A program made the translations under genes and the position numbers. Of a stretch of DNA of 20,000 nucleotides, positions 1 through 9,706 are shown piece by piece. Position 1 is the first letter of the stretch. Each line of letters begins with the position of its first letter. The notes under the pieces are model-generated. The model had not been told where the DNA came from. It saw nothing but the letters and a program-made list of their open reading frames with translations, and searched no databases. The stretch comes from Chromera velia (Eukaryota): the NCBI GenBank assembly GCA_018398765.1, contig JAHBMJ010000377.1, positions 109,754 through 129,753 on the forward strand. The letters are read 5' to 3'.

Positions 1-33
1 CCCATGAAGATCCCCTACCCATCTGCTCCTCAC

Positions 34-102
34 AGCTTTGCCCTCATACGCGTCCCCTCTAGGTCGTCAAACCAGGAGGCCTCCAGACGTTCCCTGTCGA
101 AT
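34..102 (-). CDS. Ariadne-like RBR E3 ligase, internal exon (FDRERLEASWFDDLEGTRMRAKL); gene probably continues beyond the left edge
   Basis: Acceptor tgctgcag at 103-110 joins in phase 2 to the exon ending at 258, giving LMVHFR-FDRERLEASWFDD. This resembles the Ariadne N-terminal UBA-like helix (LLxHFxWxxExLxExWF). The exon ends at a CT|GTGAGG donor (33-32); if unspliced, TGA follows at 32-30. Confidence 0.6.
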
Positions 103-257
103 CTGCAGCAGCACACAATTAAAGGTAAGGAAAACATATGTAGACTGTTAATTCCAGATTAAACGCTACAGTACAGGAAAGCGGATTGAGAAGATAACAC
201 TCAAAGAAGTGGAGCGACGCGAAACGCAAAAACGGAGTATAGCTAACATCCCCCCAC

Positions 258-476
258 CTGAAGTGCACCATCAGCACCTCCGCTTCGTCTTCACTGATGT
301 GGAAGGTCTCCGCCGTGTCGCGAATCTCTTTTTTCAGGATGTCCCTTACTGCAGCCACCGTTAAAATCTCAACCACAGGTCTTCGAGATGGTCGGTGGAA
401 GAGAAGCCGTTTTTTCGCTTTCAGTGGGGCTCCCGATGGAGTTTTCCTCACCATCTCCTGGTGCTGCATCTTGAGG
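258..476 (-). CDS. Ariadne-like RBR E3 ligase, exon (LKMQHQEM...EILTVAAVRDILKKEIRDTAETFHISEDEAEVLMVHFR)
   Basis: Overlaps ORF 119..469. Acceptor ttgatgcag ends at 477 and donor CAG|GTGGGG starts at 257. The pattern resembles the Ariadne N-terminus from memory. The RING/IBR domains are not in the window. Confidence 0.6.
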
Positions 477-1180
477 CTGCATCAAATTCAGCACAAAGAA
501 GGGCAGGCGGGAAGGAAAACAGTAGGAACTGAAAAGAAGGGGAGAGGAAAAAACATGGGAAAGGGAGGTTGACAGAAGATCTTCATAAGGGGGGTCTGAA
601 AGAAAGGAGGGAGCAGAGAGAGGACAGATGAGAGAGACGAACAAAGGAGTGTATGTACATTCTCGAAGAGGCCCGCCCGCTGTCTTAATTTGACTTTTAA
701 AAAGAGTGAAGGGAATCTCCCAAGGAAGGGGGCAACTCCCAACATGATTCTGAAAGGCTCTCTCTCCATATAAACAGAAAGGCAGAGAAGCTCATGATCA
801 GAAACAAATAGAGAAAGGAATGTGAACAGTGACAAAGAGGCAGGCATGAAGCTGCAGAGGGGAGGGGGGAAAAACACGATGGAAGGAACGAAGGGAGGGA
901 GGGAGGGAGAGAGGGAGGAAGGATAGAAGGGAGGAAGGAAGGAAATAAAGAAATAACAACGTAAACGAAGATGGGAGAATAAAGAAGAGAGAGAGGGGGA
1001 GAGGAGAGGGGGGGAGAAGGGGGGGGAGAGAGAGAGAGAGAAAAAGTGCAGTAAGAAAAACAAGGCAGTTTTCACCTTGCATACGTTTACAAAGAGCATG
1101 TGATGACAAACATCATGTTGTGCTTATCAGGATGCAGACAGGGTAGAAAGAAAGAAACAGAGAGGGAGGACTGATCCTAC

Positions 1181-1207
1181 AGTGTATCGATCATGGTGAT
1201 TTGGACA
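1181..1207 (-). CDS. Candidate 27-nt microexon (SVQITMIDTL) of the Ariadne-like gene
   Basis: Flanked by acceptor ttttcttgcag and donor GTAGGA. Phase 2/phase 2, which keeps the frame between the exons at 1847 and 476. Confidence 0.35.
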
Positions 1208-1846
1208 CTGCAAGAAAAGCTGCCAGCCACTTTGAGGATGGAAGACACGATCAATGCACAGATACACAGACCCTTCAACTTATTTCATGCATACGTACAC
1301 ACATCGGAGAAGACAAGGAGGAAAGACCGAGATGAGAGTAAGAGAAATAGACAGAGCCGGTAAGGCATCAATCATGGGACAGAGAGGGAAAGAAATAATG
1401 GGTGGGATTTTATAGCAAGTGCACATCATGGCAAAAGGAGCACACAGATCAACTTAATTTCACATATGTCTACGCCTGCACGAATGTTCAAAGTGAGAGA
1501 CATAGATTTTTTCGATCCCTCGTTGCAGACAAACTCATGCAGACCTTGCACCGACACTCACCTAGCACGTGCCCCCACCCCCTTCTGGTCATTTGCACAA
1601 ACACAAAGCCATGCTATCAAGGAAACACAAGAGCAAGCTAGAGAGTAGAAGCCACAAAACAGTCATAAACTCCAACACAGATCAACGGATGAACAAACAT
1701 CAAGTAGATTTTCCTGCAAAGTCCCCCAAATTCTAAAACTATGTACACATAATCATACACGCACTCAAACACCACGGACCCCAAAAACAAGGATGGGCAT
1801 GCTTGTTCGATTATAAAGGCCGCAAAAAGCACACACGTACACCAAC

Positions 1847-1926
1847 CTGTTGACATCAACGGTGAGATTTCTCTTCTTGTCCAAGCTGATATCCACTGCT
1901 TTCTTTGCCCCCTTGTGGCCTCCCAT
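1847..1926 (-). CDS. Candidate first coding exon of the Ariadne-like gene (MGGHKGAKKAVDISLDKKRNLTVDVN); start uncertain
   Basis: The frame is open from about 2085 to the donor AAC AG|GTTGGT at 1846, and the phase matches the downstream exons. The first in-frame ATG is at 1926. Confidence 0.35.
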
Positions 1927-3078
1927 ACCCCAGAAGAACACCTCCTGCTCCTCTTCGTTCTCCCCTTTCAGGAATCCCGGCGCATTCTGAATGACCCCCT
2001 TCGCGAATCGTGTCTTTCTGTCCTCTGGCCAGAGCAGCCCCGTCAGCCCAGCCCCCGTCCAGTAGGAATTGAAACAAGATTCTTTTCAACTTTTTTCTGT
2101 TGACTGCCTCTATTAGATCGTCTGCCCACTCTTCAACAGGTCTCCCAGCTTCCACGGGGACCAAAAGAACGGCTGCGCGGACGTCGAGCATTTTCTGTGA
2201 AGAGCGAGAAAAAAAAAAAAAAGAGCACAGCGACCGAGTAACCTCAAACAATAAATTGGCTCTTCTTTCCTCTGTGCTCATGATCAAGTTTGTGAATTCA
2301 AAGAGGAAAGCGATTTAATTTCTGAGGAAGCAGATGATCCCCTCCTTTTAATCTGAAGGTGACAGTGGCAGCTCTGGGGCGCTTGCGATTCTCGCATCAG
2401 CTGCCTGGCCTTGCGGAGTCCATGTAGGCAAAAAGATTATTTCACACAGACGGCGCTTTTCTTCCATTTTCTCTGCGGGTTCAATTGACGACTAGCTATC
2501 ATGCCGACTACAAAAGGTCAATGCATTTTAGAGATAAGAATGCCACACAGAGTTTTTAGAGAAGACGCAACCAAACAAACGAGCGGGAAACTCAGAATTT
2601 CTTCATCAGAATTAAAAGGAAACTGGGAGACGCATGGGACCATGGAGGAAAAGGAGACGGATGACTTTTGTTTGAAGGCTGCTTCTCGGTCCGAAACTTC
2701 TGGTTAACTTTTCTGTCAGTCTTCGCTGACTGGAACCTTCTTTTAATAATTTCAATTCCTGCCGCTTGCGCTGATCGGGCAAAACAAAAAAATGTAACTG
2801 ACCTAGCTTTCAAAGGAGTTCTCTCGATCGAGATGGAAGGTTCCTTCCTGCATGTGCAGAATGAAAATTCAAAAAGAAAGACGGGTCGGTCGAAGAAGGC
2901 TGACAGACAGGTCACAGTTCAAAGGAATTTTTTCTTTGTTCTCACCTGGATACACCTGGACAGATCCTATGCACTAGGCCGAAATGAATGCACTCAAGGA
3001 GAATGACGAGTGCCCGTTTCTGTTGGAATGACTGTCGGATTGCAGGGGCGCATAGGGGTGCACAACAGTATCGATCAC

Positions 3079-3192
3079 TATGCAACATATTGCATACATA
3101 TTGCAACATCCATGCAACCTGTTTTTTTCCCGCGCGCGGCGCGGCGCCTTGCATGCAAGGCCCCAATTAACTTTGCAGTCGCGCGCCGCCGA
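3079..3192. promoter_or_regulatory. Palindrome cluster in the divergent promoter region between the Ariadne-like and DUF6817 genes
   Basis: Perfect 16-bp palindrome gccttgcatgcaaggc (3146-3161) with a TGCATGCA core, inverted repeat tatgcaa-cata-ttgcata (3079-3096), and CpG-rich flanks. About 200 bp upstream of ATG 3361. Confidence 0.35.
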
Positions 3193-3360
3193 GCATCGCA
3201 ACCATCTTCAACCATACTATACAGGCAAAAGAACTGCACGTCACTATGCTCATCTATCAGGGAGACGATCTCTTCGGAGGATCTGTATTACAATCAAAGC
3301 AAAGAGATCCTTAGGACAGAGAGCGAGAGAGAGGCAGAAGAGTGTCCGGTTTGACGAAAG

Positions 3361-4244
3361 ATGAGTGCAGAAAACCCAGCCGCGGTGAAGGTGAAGGAGA
3401 CTGCCGTCTCCCCCACCTCCCTCATCATGTCGGAGCCCCTGAAGCACTTGGTGCATGAACACTTGTGGGAGTTCGACTCTGACTTCAAAAAGATGGAAGC
3501 GTACATGTTCAACTCGCGTGGCATGACGGAATTCGGCCATGCAAGGCAAACTTTCAAAAACCACTTGTGTGGCACCTTTGCTCTCTGTGCCGCTTGGGGC
3601 CTGCCTAGAGCTGTGAACCGCTGTGGTTTGTTCCACACCACCTACTCAGGGGATCTGTTCCGATTCTGTGTGTTGCGTTCTGAGAGTTCAGAGGACAGGG
3701 CGACTCTCCGCGGGGTGATCGGGGAAGACGCAGAGAGACTGGTCCATCTGTTTGGGTCCGTGCGAAGACAGAAGGTGATGGACCACATCTTTGAGAACGG
3801 GTCTCTGCCCGACTCGATGCAAGTTCCCCTCAACAGAGAGACGGACAAGAAAGCTCTAGAGTCTGAGACCGTCTCCGTCTCCTCTCTGAATGCTGCTGCG
3901 ATCATGATGGTCACTGTAGCCGACTATCTGGATCAGTTGACCGGGTGCAATGCCTGGAAGGATATCTACCAGGTAGAAGGGGAGGACCAAGTGATGCTGT
4001 GGCCCGGGTCCGGCAAGCCCGGCGTGGCCCATCACTGGCTGACCAAGCTTGCAAAGGCCTCCGCCCCTCTTCTCCCATGCAGTGTCCCTCCCGCTGTGTT
4101 CGAGAACTGCACCGGCACCATCACAGAAGAAGACGAGACAACTGCGAGGGACCTCTACTGGGACGTGGTGAGGGATGATGATGACAAGAAAATGTCCGAG
4201 GAACAGAAGGAGGAGGCACTGAGGAAGTGCATTCAACTGAACAG
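3361..4244 (+). CDS. DUF6817-domain / TPR-like protein, exon 1
   Basis: ORF 3361..4254. Motifs HARQTFKNHLCGTFALCAAWG, CGLFHTTYS, LRGVIGEDAERLVHLF, DYLDQ, LWPGSGKPG, VPPAVFENCT and ARDLYWDVV match the plant/algal DUF6817-containing family as I recall it. Donor AAC AG|GTCCGT at 4245. Confidence 0.85.
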
Positions 4245-4472
4245 GTCCGTATGACAGACACACACACACTCTTTTCCCCCATAATACTTCCCGCCTGCCT
4301 TGTGCTTCTCCTTCATACTTCCCGACTCCTTGTGCTTCCCTATGCACCCCACTTCATATGGTCCGGAAGGAGCTGCTGTAGCTAGACGTGTAGTTTCCGT
4401 TTTGATTCGTTCTCACTGACCGTCAGATGGACAGATCTTCATTTCATTTCGCCAGATGCTTCCCAGACAGCT

Positions 4473-4500
<28 letters not shown>
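4473..4500. repeat. (GA)n microsatellite in the DUF6817 gene intron
   Basis: Directly visible. Confidence 0.93.
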
Positions 4501-4503
<3 letters not shown>

Positions 4504-4762
4504 ACATCCATCTGCATGTTGATAGCTGCATGTGCGTCTGAGAATGGGGGTGTTCCTCTCCTTCATCATGTCGGTGCTGGTAGTCGCGTCTCCTTTCCCT
4601 TCAGAGCAGGCAGGCAGTTTCTTTGATGGATCCAGCAGACAGACACTTCTTCCCTGACTCTGGAAAATAAATTATGAAGTTTTGGGTCGCATATATCTGC
4701 ATGTAGATGCATGTTCAAATTTTGATGTGAAGTTTCACCCAACTACGTTCCAATGGAAGCAG

Positions 4763-5087
4763 ATTCGTCGGAGAGCCCCACACGCTCCTTGCTCAGATTC
4801 TCTTCCGCAAGGGCCTGCACGCAGAGGCGAGCGCGGAGTGCCAGCAGGCATTGCGGAAGATGTACGCGATGTGCACAGCCTGGGACAAGCGGATGCCTTG
4901 GAATGAGTGGGTGTGCTTCACCAGAATTACCTGGCTCCGGTCTGCGCGTCTCAGCCGGGGGTTGCCCGAAGACTTCCCGCGTCGGGAGAATGGACTGTGT
5001 GTCCTGGAGGAGATGGTGGAGGAGATTGAGAAGCTCGAAAAGGAAGGGCAGGAAAAGGAGGAGACAAGGGGAAGGCAGGCAGGTTGA
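4763..5087 (+). CDS. DUF6817-domain / TPR-like protein, exon 2 (FVGEPHTLLAQILFRKG...AWDKRMPWNEW...GRQAG*)
   Basis: Acceptor gcag ends at 4762. The phase-2 join gives CIQLNRFVGEPH, matching the family's NPFVGEPH and WDKRMxWxxW motifs. CDS 884+325=1209 nt, 402 aa. Confidence 0.85.
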
Positions 5088-6092
5088 GGGACTGACAGTC
5101 TGAAGGCGGGAGGGAAGGGCGAAATGCGACCATGAAGCGGGATGCTGCAATTAAGGGAATCATGGGAAGACTGTGAGGAGAGAAGCCAGAGAGCAGCTAG
5201 GCATGAGGGCGGCTGTCTGGTGGGTTTGTCCGTCTCCATCTCGTCTTGCCTTGTTCACAGCTGGCGGGGGGGCTGTGGGGCCCTTGCCTTTCATGTTTGT
5301 GGATTCCCTGATTGTAATTTTTTTTCTTTCTGGGCGTGAGGTGGCGAGGTGCTTGTAGAAAGAAGAGGCAAGAGGGAGGGATCGAATTGTGAATCCGAGA
5401 CGGAATTCTGTATCACGTCGATTACATGTGACCGCATGTCGTTTTTTTTGTGATTTTTTCTTTCTCGGTATTCGTCATACCGGGAGCTCTATTTATTCGT
5501 CCCTTCGCGTCAAGCTAAGTGCGTGTGCGTGTCGCTGCGATCTGATAAGCGGCGCTGGTCACATACATGCAAAGTGTATATCTGGACACACACGCATGCA
5601 TTCAAGCGCGTGAAATGACGAAATAACTGAAAGTTCCGAAATGCCTTCAGTTATGCGAAAAGAGGAGAGTGGGGGAGAAGATCTTTCGACGACTTCCCTT
5701 TTTTCGTCTATTTAACTGACAATCTCTGTACATGCACGTTCACTTCGGTTTCCTCCTTTTCTTTCCTTTGCCGCATGACATCCTCTGTGAGTCATTCAAA
5801 CATTTTGTTTTCTATTAAGAATCAGTCTTTGCTGCACTCTCTCTATCGACGAACCGTGGATGCATGGAAATTGGCTTCTCGATCTGTGCCCTTGCCCCTC
5901 CTGCCTCATTGTGTATGAGTTCATCGGGGAATAGGAATCGAAGGATCGAGGGAATACATGCAGACGTGAGGGGAAACTTCCGGGTCGATCCGGGCACAAT
6001 AATTTTCCATCCATCGTGTCCACATTTGTCGACATACGCCCGAAAATGGGCGGTTTGGCCTTTGCTCTATGCGTGCTGTCCTAGGTGCTGAA

Positions 6093-6113
6093 CTCTCTCT
6101 CTCCCTCCCTCCT

Positions 6114-6175
<62 letters not shown>

Positions 6176-6182
6176 TATGTGT
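6093..6182. repeat. (CT)n(GT)n compound microsatellite
   Basis: Directly visible. Confidence 0.93.
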
Positions 6183-6761
6183 GGACCTATACGCCCGAAA
6201 ATAGGTGGATTTATCTTCGCTGTATATATGTGCTTTGTTGATTTGAGAAGCTCAGATTAAGAGCCGTCAGTCAATCAAAATCTGAAGCTGATTTCAAATA
6301 TTCTTAATTCAGCCACTGTTTATAAAATTCCTGGTATAAAATTCTTCTATAGAAATTCTTCCATCGACTCATATAGGGATATCGAGAGGGCTTTATAAAG
6401 AAGGGTTATAAGATAACTTGAATTAACGGCTAATGAAACTAATTGAACGGTAAGTTGAATCTCAAGAAACAAATTTGACTCTTTCCCTATCTTATAGAAA
6501 AAATCACTAAAAACTTCTAAATTTAAATTTAAAATCAGATTTAAAAATTATATCTAAAATTATATTTTAGAACGGACCCTAGAGTCTATCGTCTCAAATC
6601 AAACTGTTTTAAGCTTTATTTCACTTTAAAACATTTTAATTAAAAGTTAAAACTCTACAGATCGCACGATTTGATCGCACCTAGATCGATGCAGCTACTT
6701 TTATAAAACCGAAATGGCGAAATCGACGGATTTTTTATTTACTTGCATGAATTAACTTAAT

Positions 6762-6893
6762 TTACGAAGCTCCGACTCCCTGAAGTGCTGCGAGGCGCTT
6801 CCTCCTCATCTCCTCCTTGTCACTGACCACCTCCCCTCCTGTGGCGTGGCCTGGCGTCTTCCATACCTTCTCGGGGTCCACACCGTCAATTAC
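6762..6893 (-). CDS. PPPDE peptidase exon 6 (VIDGVDPEKVWKTPGHATGGEVVSDKEEMRRKRLAALQGVGAS*)
   Basis: Within ORF 6762..6989. Acceptor cccttgcag, 132 nt to TAA. Confidence 0.82.
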   Translation of the reverse strand, partial: VIDGVDPEKVWKTPGHATGGEVVSDKEEMRRKRLAALQGVGAS

Positions 6894-8191
6894 CTGCAAG
6901 GGGCGGCGAGAGAGCGGGAGTGTGCGCGCATTTAGAGCGCTCCCTGAAAAAGAATTCTGTATGAAAATGCTGAATCCATGCACCGTCAATTACCTGCAAG
7001 GGCGGGCGAGAGAGCGGGAGAGGCAGAGACTAATCGTTGCGGCAGGCACTCTCTTCCTCGTTCTCTGCATGCGGGGCGGTTCTCTGCCTAGCTGCCTGCT
7101 TCCCTGGCTGTCTGACTCTCGGAATTAGTATCGGTCTGACAGTCCGTGTGACCGTGTGTTCTTCTCTCCGACTGTCCTTTCGGTCAGTCTGGCTGTTTGT
7201 GCTTGCCTGTCTCTTCGTTTATGAATGCAAGCATGTTCATCAGGCAGACCCCCCAACCCCCCAACCCACCCACCTTCTCGATGTCAAATCCCTCAGCCTT
7301 GGGGTTTGGTTTGTACTCTCCCCCCGTCACCTGTGCTAAGAGTCCGGGGTTGGCTGCCCCCATTCTCTCTAGCTGCTTGTACCTGCATGCAGCCATTCCG
7401 CGTCAGATTCCTTCCTTCCACCCATGCATCGATTCATTCACTCATTCATTCATCAATCCATCAACCAGTAGCTCAGAGGAGGAAGGGAGAGAGGATCGAT
7501 CGAGGAAAGAAGTGCATATCTCTCACTCATACCGGCAGGTTCATTCGACACGTGCATGACCGAAACGTGATGACCAAAACAAGTACAGCGTCTTTCTTTC
7601 TTTCTTTCTTGTTGAAGAATGAATGACTTTTAGGGATCTTGCGTTGAATCAGAGGTAGGTGGGTCGATGGGTGGAGAGAGAGAGAAATTAGAGTCGGACA
7701 TGCAGGGAGGGAACGGACACGAGGGAGGCCAGGCCTAGCTTCGGGAGGAATTAAGAGACAGCTAGGAGAGGAATAACAACAATGAAGTTACAAGGGGTGA
7801 AAGGAAAGACACATATACCACCAGATTAGCCGAGCTACGTCAGAGTACAGTCAATCGGACATTCACAAGGGGGAGGTGGATCCCCGAGGGAGGAGATTGT
7901 GCATTGAATGGTAAGGTGGGCTTTTTGCTTTCTTTCACGCGCATGCATGTACAGATGTATGCATGTGTTTGCCTGTGTGTGTTTTGGTTGTTCAGTGCAG
8001 GACTGCGCATGCATGTACAGATGTATGCATGTGTTTGCCTGTGTGTGTTTTGGTTGTGCAGTGCAGGACTGCGCATGCATGTACAGATGTATGCATGTGT
8101 TTGCCTGTGTGTGTTTTGGTTGTTCAGTGCAGGACTGCGCATGCATGTACAGATGTATGCATGTGTTTGCCTGTGTGTGTTTTGGTTGTNC

Positions 8192-8258
<67 letters not shown>

Positions 8259-8986
8259 AAGAAAGAAAGACAGACAGACAGACTATATGTTTCTTCTTCT
8301 CCCTCCTTTTCTTCATGAACACAACAGACAAAAAGAAAGAAAGAACAAAGACAAAAGAACAGCACCAACAATCAAACAGCGTGGGCAGGGGGCCCGAAAG
8401 GTGAGAGTTAAGCGCCCCTTGCCTCTCCACCTCCCGACAGACTTTCACGTGATCACTGGTTTCACACGCTACTCCTCTGCTGCTTCCACTCAAGACAAGA
8501 AAGAGAAGAAAAAAAAGACAAGACAAGAACATTCAAAAATCAAAAAAAGAAAAAGGAAAAAAGAAAACTGCACGCGGGGACCGGCACCGTCATGGTCTTT
8601 AGACAGGGGTGGGGGGGTGGGGGGGCGTCCCTGCGGAGGGGGATTCTTCTGATGCTGTGTCTTCGTATCTTGCGGGAGGACTCTTTCGGCGGTAACGAAA
8701 CTCTCAAAGTCCCATACCGAAAGAGCGACGGTGCTGGTGGGGCCGGAAACCTTCTCCAGAACCTCTTCTCTCTCTCAGGATTCCTGTTCTGAAGGGGACG
8801 GGTTTTGATGCTCTTGGTCATGCGTGGAAGCTCGGTTGGGGATGTCGCTAGAAGCAGAAGCAGAAGCCGAGGCGGAATTGGGTTCTGCGGCTGGGGCGGA
8901 GACGGGGGCTGGCATGGGATCGGGGGCGGCGGCTGCATCTGGCTCTGGCTGGTTCTCTTCTGTTCGGTGCAGCCTTCTTGACAGAC

Positions 8987-9027
<41 letters not shown>

Positions 9028-9665
9028 AAGAAAGAAAGAAAGAAAGACAGACAGAAAGAAAGAAAGATAGAAAGAAAGAAAGGAAGGAAGGAAGGAAGGA
9101 AGAAGGAACCGAGAAGGGAAGGAAGACAAGAAGAAGCAGAAACACCGACAGGCGGCCAGCAGATAATAGAGAGTGAACGAGTAATTGCATGAGTGAAAGA
9201 AATTCAATGAATCAATAAATGAATGAGTGCACAAATGAATGGACGAATGAATGAAAAAATTAGAGCACGAATAAACAAATGAACAGAGGAATCTGAATGA
9301 ACTACACACACCTCCCGTCAAGTCGTTTCCCGAGCAGATAGAAGAGCGCACAATCCGAGAACGAGTTGCAGTTTTTTCTCACAAGATCGTAACTTCCCTC
9401 TGCATGCATGCAGGCAGTCCCACACACAGAAATAAATAAAGGAAGAGAGAAAGGAAGAAAAAGATAAATTAAAGGATCACACACACCGACAGAGAGAAGC
9501 GAGCGGGGAGTCAATTTAGAGAGCGGAAAGGAAACAAAAGCAAGAGCGGATGGGTGAAAGCGACACAAGAAGGTAAGGGAAGGGAAAGAAAGGGAAGGGA
9601 AAAGAAATCAAATGAACTCAGCGTACTCCCCCCCCCCTCATGTTCCTTTGCATTCTTTCCTATTT

Positions 9666-9706
<41 letters not shown>

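Noticed and set aside
488..1109. Hydrophobic Phe/Ser/Pro ORFs (203 and 103 aa)
   Set aside because: Translation of a polypurine/polypyrimidine intronic tract.
4245..4254. Stop at 4254 as the end of the 297-aa protein
   Set aside because: The donor at 4245 and exon 4763-5087 restore the conserved NxFVGEPH and WDKR motifs.
7835..8652. Overlapping ORFs with 22-aa and QTDR/CLSV repeats
   Set aside because: Translations of the 66-bp minisatellite and (CAGA)n, spanning an N.
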